Origin: Paraspadella gotoi
Taxonomy: Eukaryota > Animalia > Chaetognatha
DNA: 64,000 nucleotides
Direction of reading: 5' to 3'
NCBI GenBank assembly: GCA_051294375.1
Contig: CM119268.1
Coordinates: 12,126,356 to 12,190,355 of the forward strand
Made by a program: the position numbers and the translations under genes. Numbering within the stretch: position 1 is the first letter of the stretch; every line of letters begins with the position of its first letter. Below the pieces are notes generated by a model. That model saw nothing but the letters and a program-made list of their open reading frames with translations, was not told the DNA's origin and searched no databases. Below, in pieces: positions 24,861-36,899 of the stretch.

Positions 24861-27800
24861 ACTGGAAATAGTTTATAACTTTTTTAACCAAAAAATACAC
24901 TAAAAACTAGAGAAAAAAAGAAAGTTTGTGCTTTCACCGTTATTAATATAAAACTAACTTTATCGATTTTAAGAAAACAAAAAAAAAAAACTCACCGGAC
25001 TGGGATCTGCCAGTGAATCGAAGAGGAGCGTTGGCATGAGGCAGGTGATCAGTGAGTGATTGGTCTTTGGGGCGAACTGGGGGTCAGTTCAATCTATATT
25101 TCCCGTGAATATTGTTCTTTTGTTACGGTTTTTCAAGTGTCATTCGTTCATCGCCGTTCAAAATTATACTAATACGAAGATATGGACAATATTGGGCTCT
25201 TTCCTTTTTTTCCAGGTGTCTTTGGTTTTTCTTTTTGTCTGTTAGTTTGTTTTTTGTCCGGTGAATAATTTCGGATCCCGTATTTCTGAGTCGTCGCCGC
25301 CTGAGAAACGATATTTATCCGTCTACTTAAGACTATATCTATGTAATTATCTATTTACAATAAAACGCTTTTCAAGCTTCACTCAATCCTGACGATGCTC
25401 TCCCCAATCATCGGGTCAACATTTAAATTAACAAAGATTTTTTTTTTTATCTATGAATTAATTTTGCTGGAACATTTTTTTCCCTTTGGATTTCCTTGTT
25501 GCGTTTTTGTTTTCTTGGTTTGGTTTTGTTTTTATTGCGGGTAAAGTTTGTTTCGGTTTCGTTTTACCGCCAAGTGGCGAGAACCAATTGAAAGAGGGAA
25601 AAAAAGCGTAAATACAGTCGATGGATGGGGAGAAAAAAAATGAATTTATGTTCGGATAAACGTCAATTTATATTTAATGTACACATGCGACGGTTATTTA
25701 CAATCCTCTTGGCTGCGTAGAGTAAAACTGGGGCGAGTTTTTTTTTTTCCCTGGGATCATAAGTAATTTTTTTTTTTTTCGCGTGGCTTTCTTCGTGTCT
25801 AATTTTTTTATATTCTCCTTCACTCTGCATATGAGGTTAGCGCCCTTTAAACTCTCGTTTTCATTCCTAGTACATTTAAAAAGGTTAATTCAAATTACCG
25901 CTGGTCATTTCAACGTTTGTTCGTTTCTATTAATACTTGCATTCTTTCATTCCTTCATTCGACTTAGGCGCCTCTCGCGGTAAATCCCGGGTATTAAACG
26001 ATTAACCAAGAAACGCACGAAGAAAAAAAAAGATCAAAGAGACGATAGCTCGAGAGTGAGAGAGGGACGGAGTTTATTGATCCCTCGTTTCTTTTTTTTT
26101 TTTCTTTTTTAATTTTACTATTTTCACAATCTCCTTTTTTTCCCCTGATTCCTTAGGATGAAAGAAACCATAGCCTTTCTTGCATATTTAATTCACTTCG
26201 CCGTAGATTTATTACTTTCCCTTTCCTACGTCATTTGTTTGTTTTCGTTTGGGTTCAGTTATTTTTTTTTTTCTGATTGGCTTGTCGAGAAACAGCGAAA
26301 AAGTTTTTCCTAATTGGCCGAGAAGAATCTCCGATGGAGTCTTCTCATTGCATAGGGGGAAAAAAACACCGATAATGCCAGTTGATTGGTCGAAGAAAAT
26401 TTCGGTTCTTATTGGTGGAATTAAATCTGGTCGAAGCGGGCTCAGCCGACGACCGTCTCGAAGATGTTGAAGTAAAGAAAAGGTAGGGCAAAGTGATGTG
26501 AATGTCATGAACGATTCCGTTCTTCAGTTTAAAATGTGCTTGAGTAAAATTGTTTTCGTTATTACTTTATTTGCTTTCTTCGTTCTCCTATTTTTTGTTT
26601 TCTATTTGGATTGTACTTTTTTTTAAATCAATGTAGTTGGAGGTAGTTGATCTCGCCACGACAAAGAAGTTTTTTTTTTTTTTAGTTTGACGATGTCCAT
26701 AATAAATATTGTACGATGAAGCGTCATATAAATCCCGTATCGACCATGGTTATAATTGTACAAACGTTACAAAAAAAAATAAAAAGAAAACACGACGGTA
26801 AAGAGTATGAATTTGTTCTTTCGTTTGTGAATGCGAAAGCGAATGAATTTTGTTTGTTTTTTCCTAGTTAATATATTGATTTGAACACAAAAAAAAATTC
26901 AACCCGAATCGAAGAGGTTTCGTTGCGTTAACGTTTTGAGGTAAGCGAAGAAAGAGGGACGGGTGGGGGGGTGGGGGGGCGAGAGAAACGTCGTCGGAGG
27001 GAAAATAAAAGGACGAGACGTTTCAGTCACTAGTCCCGTTTTTTTGTTTTTTTGTTTTCCAACTTTCAAGTTCGTTCGTCGTTCATTTTCCTTCATCCAT
27101 TGGCCGCAAGTTTCGTCGTTGACATTTTCCTCGTTTCCCAGATTTGCCGAAATTATGCAATGCGAAGAGAGAGATGCCGAGATGCGGATCAATTGAGAAA
27201 GACTCCTCTCACTCTCTCCCCTCCCTCCTACTCCTCCTCCTACTCCTCCTCCTTCTCCTCCTCCTCCTCCTCCTCGACTTCTCCTCCTTGCCGACGAAAA
27301 GGTGACGCGGCCGTTGGTCGAAGATCTTTCCTCGATATTTCTCGGGTCTAGTCGGCCTAGTTGTTGTTGTTGTCGTCGTTGTTGTTTCGTCTTGTTTGTT
27401 TGTTTACTTTTCTCGCTCGTCAGTCTCCATGATTCGGAGAGGAACTGGAGAATCGGTTTCGTCGTCGTCGCCGCCTGTAAAACAATTTTATTAATAAATA
27501 TTTTGTTAATAAAAAAAAAAAAGGTCAGAACAAGTAAAGATCATTGATGTTCTCTCATCTCAATTTGACCAAAAGTTCGTCAACAATAAAATTTTTTTTA
27601 TTAAAATAAAACAGAAAAACAATTAGTTGTATGGATTTAAAAACATTCTATTCCCGAATCGTATAAATTTTACTTTAATTACTTTTTATTTATTACGTAT
27701 GTATATTGTGGATAATACCAGATCAGCTAATAAAATATCACGTCGTGCCTTTCTCTCTTTCCACTTTAACCCGGGAAATTATCTTCGCCAAAAAGAAAGA

Positions 27801-27936
27801 AAAGATGAAATTTGATGGAATTCGAGAGAAAATGTTGTGGAAGACGAGGATAAAAGGCAATAGCGGTAATGGAATCTGATGCGATTGATTCCGCCACTTG
27901 CTTCGATTCATGCCATCATCCTGATACGAAGATCTT

Positions 27937-28008
<72 letters not shown>

Positions 28009-29103
28009 AAATGTCGCTTCGTTTGCCTTCCAAGATGCACTTGATCTTGAGAAAGAAAGACTTGATTAATAATCCATGTTTTTAATTCCGAAATTCCGGA
28101 TTTTTTTTTTGCTTCTTTCAAGAAAACCAAAATTCTTATGAATGTGAATTCATTTATTCATTAAGTGAACATGTAATCTTTACCAATTTCACTTTTTAAA
28201 TATATATATATTTCAACCGTATGTAGATCTTTCCTTTTTTCTTTCCTTCTTAGCTTCCATGACGGAAATTCGACAACGAAAAAAAATCAATTACGAAAAA
28301 TCAATTTCGCAAACTAATTTATGTTCCACATTTTTATTTTTTTTTTGCAGACGGGATGAAATTAATTTAAAATTATTCGAGAGGACTTTGCTCTACATTT
28401 GAAAACTAAACTGACTACTAAACCGAGTGGTCATTGGCAACTGGTTATCAAGCTTTGATTGCAAATTTAATATTCCTATTAGTCAAAAGTGGTCAATGGA
28501 TGGTCAACGGCAAAATTTTGCATTGTATTGAAATTATTTTACAATTCATTAACTGTGGTTCTTATTTTTTTATTGATTATAGATATTTCATATCTGATTG
28601 CACTAAACTAAATTAAATACTAACCCATTCAGGTAAAGCGAACGAGGACTCTCATTACCGGGAGAGAGAAGCAAATTTAAAAACAAAAATGTTCTTACCA
28701 AAAGTACCATCAAACTGACAAAAGTAGTACAATCACAACTAAACATAGATCAAGATTTTGCAGTTTCTCTATCATTCATTCTCAGCACAGTAAAAAACGA
28801 AGCATCATACGCGTAATATATAACATGTGATATAAGAATAAATGAACGATTAACAGTCAAACCTACTTCTAACATTCCAAAATAGCTTAATTTTATGACG
28901 CTGCTTACAAATAAACTAACTCAAATCGCTCCAGTGACAATGGTACAAAGAAATGTCGCTGACCTGTTGAAAGGCGACGCAAATCTTTTCATTGAAAACA
29001 AATCAAGACGTCGTTCTGATCAATCGTGAAGACGCTGTGCTTCTGGTTTCAAGTGTGACGAAAATCGAAGCGCCATCTACGACGCGATTCCTGGCGCCAT
29101 TTT

Positions 29104-29641
29104 TGACGAGAGTAACGTCCCTTGCGGCGCCATCTGACGAGGAAAAAACAAAACAAAACGAGGTTTTAAGATCCAAAAAATATGTGCTTTTTTATTATTT
29201 ATCCCAAAAATTTGATTTTTTTAAAGACACTTTTTACAAAATGTTTTGATATGAAGAACGGAAATTAAAGCAGAACGAAATTTAGGGAAGGGAGAGAGAG
29301 AGAAGAGAGAGAGATGTAAGAAGAGAGAGAGGAAAGGAGAGAGAGAGAGGAGTATGAGAGAGAGAGAGAGAGCGAGGAGAAGAGAAGAGAGAGTCCTTTA
29401 AAAATATTTTTTTTTTCTCTCCGATTTCAATCCGTGGTCTTGCTCCCTCGGCCTTTTTTTCCTTTTGGAGGAAGGAGCACACGAAGTTTCGGAGATGGTT
29501 GGTCGGTCCGTCGTCGTACGCGTTCTGTCGTTACGTCGTCGTCGCCGTTCTCGTCGTTTGAGTCGTCGTCGTCGCTCCTGGCATCGTCGTTTTCAGCGTC
29601 TTGCTCCGTTACGTCGTTCTCGTCGTCGTCGTCGTCGTCGT
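29104..29641 (+). repeat. Left arm of ~500-bp inverted duplication (partner 31441-31901)
   Basis: TGACGAGAGTAACGTCCCTTG..GCGCCATCTGAC...TTAAAGACACTTTTTACAAAATG...TTCAGCGTCTTGCT is the reverse complement of 31441-31901, with many small indels. Confidence 0.9.
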
Positions 29642-29985
29642 ACACAGAGGAAATAGATTTTGCCTTTACTGTTATGGCTAAAAAAATTTAAGAATTTAAA
29701 TTTTGTGAAGTACATGTACAAAGACGCAAAAAAAGTTCACATCGTCCAATCTTTTTCATCACTGTCCCCATTAAATAGAATTCTTAGGCTATGGGAGGGT
29801 TAAATGACTCCATCCCTCAAGATAATAACGTAGTTTTTTTCACTCCATGACCCGCCTTCGCTATCAACGAGTGATGCTTGCATAACTTGCATAATTGCAT
29901 GCAATTTTAAATAAAAAGATAGCCGAAAATGTAAAATAATGAAACAATGAAAGCAAACATAGTAACTCAACTTAAGCGTGAATGG

Positions 29986-30146
29986 AGTATAAATAATCTG
30001 ATTGAATATAAACCGGAGGATTATTTTGACTAATCTTACACTACAATACATCAACTAATCTTTTATCTTATTTTAATCTTAATGATTCCCATCTTTCACG
30101 CTCTTCCATTCTTTCACTCTTCTTATCTCTCTCTTCTCTCTTCCTC

Positions 30147-30208
<62 letters not shown>

Positions 30209-30397
30209 TCGTGCCTCTGCTCCACCGTCCTTTCAATTCTCTTCAAATTCAGCTATTCTTTTCCCTCAACTTTCTTCACTCTAATAGTTTAATGAATCTT
30301 TCCAATGTCTGTCTTCACTCTCTCCATCTATTCAGTGGAATGCGTTGCTGCGGTTTTCTTCATCTCACTCTCTCACTTTCTCTCTCTCTCTCTCTCT

Positions 30398-30444
<47 letters not shown>

Positions 30445-31171
30445 TTCTCTTTACTCTTCTCTCTCATTCCTCGCCCGTTTTTATTCTGCGACGCGGTAGC
30501 TGTTTTTTCCCTCACGCGCATTTTGCGCGAGAAGTACTATTCCGTCTCTCTCTCCTTCTCTCTTCTCTCTCTCTCTCTCTCTTCGTCTCTCTTCTCTCTC
30601 TTCTCTCTCTCTCCTCGTCTGGAGCGAGCCGCTCATCAACGTTGCCGCCGCCGATGACGACGAGCGACGACGACGACGACCGAGCGAGGACGGACGACAA
30701 CAAAAAACAATAACAGACACGAAGACCGTCGATGAGAGAATTAGTCGCAGCGAGCGAAAGAGAGAAAAAAAAATCGACTGTTGTGAAGAAGAGACGAGCG
30801 ACGACGATACGAAGAGCGAAACAAAAAAAAAACAACCTGTCGATTTTTTACGAAAGCAACAACAAAAAAAATAAAAAATAATTACAACCCATAACTCTTC
30901 GACACACAGGAAACCTCTTACATACGGCGTCATTGCATCTTGTTCCTCTTCGTTTTTACATCCTCATCTTTGGATACGACGAAACTGAATGCGGGAACTT
31001 TTGGTCGCCAGAATCGAGAACGAGGTGAGGTATATTTTGGGTAGGTTGGGCGGCGGAGAGAGAAGGATGGAATGAAAAGGAGGGAAGGAGAAGAAAAGGG
31101 AAGGATTTGGGAGAGAGAGAGAGAGAGAGAGAAGGAGAGAGAGAGGAGAGAGGAGAGAGAGAGAGAGGAGG

Positions 31172-31229
<58 letters not shown>

Positions 31230-31448
31230 AAGAAATGAGCGAAAGATAGATATATAACGGTTAGTCGTTATATCTATTCTTTGTTTTATTGTACTAAATT
31301 TTGTGGGGTTTTTTTTGAATATTTTTCGCTGTTTTTTTTGTTTTTTAAATTTTGCCTTTCTTTTTCTTCTTTCTCTCTCTCTCTTGAGTCCGGGGAAAAA
31401 AATCTGGTCATCGAAAAACGCGAACAAAAACTACAAAAACACGACGAC
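29986..31448 (+). repeat. First copy of ~1.5-kb direct duplication (partner 43546-45038)
   Basis: Shared unique anchors such as TTTTGACTAATCTTACACTACAATACATCAACTAATC, GCTCATCAACGTTGCCGCCGCCGATGACG and AATCTGGTCATCGAAAAACGCGAAC. Confidence 0.92.
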
Positions 31449-31668
31449 GAACGACGACGAGAGAAACGAGTAAGGAAGCAAGACGCTGAAACGACGATGC
31501 AGGAGCGACGACGACGACTCAAACGACGAGAACGGCGGGACGACGACGACGACGACGACGACCCCATCCCGAAACTTCGTGTGCTCCTTTCCTCCAAAAG
31601 GAAAAAAAGGCGAGGGAGCAAGACACGGATTGAAATTCGGAGAAAAAAAAAATTTTTAAAGATTCTCT

Positions 31669-31733
<65 letters not shown>

Positions 31734-31901
31734 CCTCCCTAAATTTGTTCTGCTTTAATTTCGTTTCTTCATAAACATTTTGTAAAAAGTGTCTTTAAAA
31801 AAATCAATTTTTTGGATAATAATAAAAAGCCACTATTTTGTTAACCCGTCGTTTGTTTGTTTTTTTCTGTCAGATGGCGCCAAGGGACGTTACTCTCGTC
31901 A
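31441..31901 (-). repeat. Right arm of inverted duplication (partner 29104-29641)
   Basis: Reverse complement of 29104-29641; ends ...CAGATGGCGCCAAGGGACGTTACTCTCGTCA directly against the DIRS remnant. Confidence 0.9.
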
Positions 31902-34615
31902 GGCAGGATGGTCGTGTGCGTTGATTTTGCTCACTTGAAAAGAAGCACATCCCTTCCCGGGAACAGGAAGGCGTCGAGCCTCAGAATCTTCAGTTTCACA
32001 ACGACGGAACCACTTCTGGGCTGCAGAAAGGGGCGATCAGAGGAAGATCCCCGACGACTCCTCAGCATCCGGATGAGCTCGGGAGGAGAGGTGGTGGGAG
32101 GAAACGAGAAAGCCGATCGAAGAACCAAATTGGGCGAGGGCGTCCACACCCTCCGTTGGCCGCTCGCTTCCAGAGAGACGCGGCACTGCGTCGTCTTTCT
32201 CGCAAAAAGATCGATGGGGGAGTGCGCAGGTCTGCAGATCTGACGGAAGATCGTGAGGAGATGCAATCCGCACTAGGCGTCCGTTCGACGCCGCATTCCG
32301 TCACCAAGTTTCTCCTTGACGAAGGTGACTCCCGGTGATACTGGATACCAGGGTTGGGCGATCAGCAGAGTCCCGAAAACCTCGTGTAGCTCCGTCGAAC
32401 GGCTTGCGCCGTGGCGCTGGAGACAGAGCAACGACACAGACTGTCGGCCTACCCAAAGAGATTCGTATTTCTCAGAGAACTTGCGAATCGCGAGAGGAAA
32501 TTTCAAAACAACCATGGAACTCCTTCACATTGATATGGTGATTGGACTTTGCAGCCTCCAGGTCCCTGGTGAAGCCTCCCTGGAAAAGGATGCCCAACCT
32601 CTGCCGAGGCATTCCGTCGTCATACGTGGGCGCAATCTTCCTGGAGCAGATGTCCCAGCGGCGCGACGCAGTCCTCCAGGGAAGCGACTGACACGATAGC
32701 TCCTCCGGCTGAGCGTCTAACAGGTTGGGCGATCGAGATCTTCTCGGAGTGGTAGACGGTTGACGTTTCCTTTTGAATCCGGGCGGTAGTGGCAACGGCG
32801 AAGCGGAACTGCGGCGTGGCGCCGTGGGTGTCCGAGAAACTGAAGGAGCTAAAGCGCGGCGGGGAGACGACGAGAGAGTGAAGTCGCTAAACTTCCGATT
32901 CGATTCAACTTGGGCGCGGAAGCGAGAGTCTGATGAAGCCTGGACCGTCAATGGAACCGAGGAAATTCGAAGGACTTGGAGAGGGAAGTCGGCTCGACTC
33001 TCCCGGTGAGAATGAAACCGCCCAAGAAAGTTGGACCGCCTTCAACGTGCTTGGTGAACTCTCTTCGATGAGCCCAGGATGAGGATGTCGTCGATATGAC
33101 GAGACAACGAATGCTCTCTGCCTCAGCCATTGAACTAGCGGGCGGTTCGTCTTGTGAAGAGCTCACGGGCCCGTCGCAAACCGAAGGGAAGAAACTTGTA
33201 CTGGAAGATCGACTTCAAATGAATCGACAAAATTTCGATGCTCTCGTTGAAGCGGAAGGGGGAGATAAGCGTCGAGTAGGTCGATTTGAGGGCCCAATCT
33301 CCCGTCGAAACATATTCCCTGATGTCTTGACCCCTTCCATGCGAAATACGGAGGTGAGGAAAAGCAGGTTGAGAGGCTTCAGGTTAGAATGGGCCTCCAA
33401 CCTCCTCCTTCTTCGGTACATAAGAAGATCCTGGAGTAACCCCCGGAAGGCCTATAATCTCCTCGTCGACCTTCTCCAAGGCGGCGGAGATTTCGCTTCG
33501 ACCGCGTCGTCCTCTCGCCGAAAAGATGGCGTCGCGTGCAGGACGAGGAAGACGGGTTGGGATGCTCTTGCATCGGCGATCTTGAATCCCGAAATGTTGT
33601 CAAAATTGGAGAGGTCGCCCGACTGATGAAATCCGTCTTGAGAGGGCTGCAGCCGCCGAGGCGGCGACTGCATCGGGGAGAACCGTCTTTTCCGCAGGCT
33701 TGGTCTGTCTGCCGTTTCCCGCTTTGACGAGTAGGGGCTCTTGCGCTCTTCCGCGGCTTGAAGTTGGACTTCGACGCTTTGAACCTTGCGCGTATCAAGA
33801 AAGCGAGGCGTGCGGCGGATCGGATTAAGGCGTCGTTGACCGCTGGAGAAAACTTGATCGAGCGATTTCCGAAGAAATCTCGTGGGGGCGGCGTGCAGCG
33901 CCCACGCAGATGATCTACGGCGCTTCGACAAAACGAACGTCGAACTTCTCAAAGCGAGGTTAGACGCGTTGCCCTGGATGGACGCAATATGCGTAGGGGC
34001 GAAGCCAGCGGGGGATGCGCTCCACACTGATCCGCTGAAATCACCGCCTTTGATGGCGTCCGACAAAAGGGTTAGCTCGTCGGCGCAATAAAGAGCGGGC
34101 GTGCCCGACGCGCCCGCCTCCTGGCTCGTGCGTAAATGTGACGGTAGACAGGATAAACTGGGTGTAGATAGCCGTTCGAGGCGGGAATCAAACCCGTCGT
34201 GATTGGAAGTGAAACGACGCCGGTGGGCGTGGTCACCCAACGACGAAGGCGCGAGGTTGCGAGGGTTGTGCAATGACCAGCTTCTCGCCAACTTCCTGAC
34301 TTCCAGACGTGACGAAGCGAACGCCATTTGCTTCGAAACTCCATCAGACGGCGACGCCGCTCCCTTGGCGGCGGGCTGCAAAGCGTAGAAAGGCCCGATC
34401 GACGTCTGGGTCGGACTACCTCTCCCATCTCCGATGGGGTTTGTCAGTCCCGAGCTGAGTGCGACGCGTGTGCCGTCAGGCGGTGAAGGCGACGGCGTTG
34501 CGTCTAGAGGCCGAGGCAGGAGACCGTGGGCGGGACTGCTTCTGGAAGCGAAGGACTCGTCAAGGACCAGCGCGAAGGAAAGGCGAAGTTGAATCGTCCG
34601 TTCGATAAGAATCAC
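31902..34615 (-). mobile_element. DIRS-type (tyrosine-recombinase class) retrotransposon, frameshifted and 3'-truncated: gag-like ORF, RT, RNase H, methyltransferase-like region
   Basis: Minus-strand motifs in canonical order across frameshifts: GYSRIFL..WRPIL/NLKPLN..FRMEG (~33440-33330), IDLLDAYL (33285-33262), HIDDILILG (33098-33072; YxDD box), TT(D)ASAE(G)W (32620-32591), HHINVKE (32541-32521), RHGASRSTEL, PIDLFA (~32218-32201), AFSFPP (~32113-32096). The 387-codon ORF 33452-34615 sits in the gag position. No recombinase seen before the cut at 31902. Confidence 0.85.
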
Positions 34616-36899
34616 ATGAACGTAGCAAAAACGAGAATTAATTACATATCAAATGAGGAACCCCCTTCTTCTCTCTATGCCCAAAAATATTCAGCAAAAA
34701 AGAAAATATTTGAAACTCTAAACAACGAAAAACGGAAACCGAACCACACCCGACCAACCCACCCGAGGCGAAAGGGGGCGGCGGCGGGAGAATGTGGGGG
34801 GGGTTTCGATAGAATCATAATACCCATTCAAGATGATTCTCTATTCGAACCCCAACATTAGCTCAGTACACGAGAAAAAAAGCGCGTGTGGAACAAAATA
34901 TAAAAAATAAAAAACGAAGAAAGAAGAAAAGAGACCAAAATTGGATGGAGGGGCAAATAAAGAATTTGCAACGACTTTCGCATAAAGAACATCACATTAA
35001 CGCTCACGGCGGAAATTTCATCTCTGCGAAGCGAATCTCATTTCCTGAAAACCGTTCGAGCGCGTCTTCAAAAACTTCCAGGCCTCATCCGTTGCCGCTC
35101 GCCTCCAGGGCTGCCGTGTAGGCTGTTCCACCCCCCGAACGACAACTGGTTGCCGTTGCGGGCGCCCTGCGCGCGCGGCCCGAGCGCGTAACCGAGGTAA
35201 CGGAAGATCAGCGCCTAAAGCAGAGAAGGGGTGGAGAGAAACCCGACCGGCGGCGCGAGGCATCTGGCGCGCAGTTCGCGCCACGTGAATCTAGGGTCCT
35301 CAAGACCTTGGTCGAAACGAGATTTCGGTCGAACTGCGATCGCGGCGACCTTTCTCGCTTTGGCCAACGAAGAGGGAAGTCGTTAGACTGTGGATGGAAC
35401 ACACCGCCTGTGATGGTGTGTTCTCCCTCTGAGCAATGGTTTGGCTTTCGAGATTAATCGCGCGAATTCTACGATGTGATAAAACAAAAGAGACGAGCGT
35501 GAAAGTTCAAAATCGATATGAAAAGCAATAATGGAAGGAAGTCCGTAAAAATCGAAAGCGCTAAAAAGCGAAAGCGACTGATAGCATGAGCGGAAAAAAG
35601 AAGTGACGCGTCCCCGGCTCAGCAGCACTTCGCGAGTGATGCAGCGTCGGGACTGGCCTGCACAGCTTGGCTGCGCTGAGGCCGGGTAGAGGTATTTTTT
35701 CGTTTGACTTTTGGTTTCTGTTTACATGTCCTGGTCACAGCGCGGTGTCTCGCTTTGGGAGACAAAAGGCTAATGTGGGGGGGGGTTTCGAATAGAGAAT
35801 AGGCGAGTACTCAAAGAAAAGCTTTTTGACAAAAAAAATTTTAATACCCATAATCTATCGGTCATGATAGATTATTTTACGCTGTATACATTAGCATTTA
35901 AATTTCTCGGCTATTGGCTATCGTCATTGATAATTATATTAATTGATTATTACCCTTCAGCTATCATGATCATATTTTATAGCAGAGGTGTTGGGTACCT
36001 TCGCGTGATTCCTTAGTTGCTTGTTAAGCGCTGGTACTGATATATGGTTGTTTCTCTCTTAACTATATCATTACAGATAGTGACTCTGGGCTAGTGAAAC
36101 TGTTTTGAAACACGATGACCGCGTCCTCTGCATACGAGCATCGCCAGACATTTTAAGCTGCCCTTTGATCTACTGCCGCCAACGACGGGGTCATAATGTT
36201 TGCACCGTAAAGTGGTGCATCGTCATATTTTGCCCCATGCATTGTGTGTGGTTTTTGGTCCGGAGTGTGTCAACACTTTTGGCCACTTCTTCTCATATAA
36301 TTATCCATGTATTTACTATTTACTTGATTAAACTCTGACGGAATCGAGTCCTGACTGCCTTCCCCTCCCGACGGCGTAAATGCTTCATCGAGCAGCTGCA
36401 AGCCCACTTCCGACCGGGGACGTTCATCTGCGCCAACTCTTGCCAGCGTTGAGACTAAGGGTAAATTTCCAGAGACTGCGAGAAAGCGGCGTCCATCAGG
36501 GATTCTCCCCCAGCAGGAACATGCTGTTGGTGCTGAGGGAGAGCGCGACCGAATTACTGGGTGAAAAAATTTAAATTTGTCCCACCATTGTAAAGTTATA
36601 TGTACAGTAAAAGTTTTAACTATGATATACCGGTATCATCTGCAAGAAAATATATTTTAAACGCACATTCCCAAATGAAAAGACAATTCTATCAAAAACA
36701 TATAAGTGCTTACCAGAGGCGCAAGACCATGCTTAGAACTTGCGAAGGGAAGGCAAGAGGAGGGTCTTCCACGCATGGGTTGCCGGATCGAAACTCCTTA
36801 CCGACGTAGCACCACTTGTCATCCTCCCCCCACAGTACGATCACCTTTGGAAACATTTAATAGTGAATTCATAAAACGCCCAAGACAATTCGATAAATA

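Noticed and set aside
33882-34091. Plus-strand KARLDALP resembling an R2/NeSL C-terminal motif
   Set aside because: It is the antisense frame of the DIRS gag-position ORF, is interrupted by stops and has no following CCHC or endonuclease motif
31902-35700. Bacterial or viral horizontal insert suggested by higher GC
   Set aside because: Explained by DIRS retrotransposon motifs
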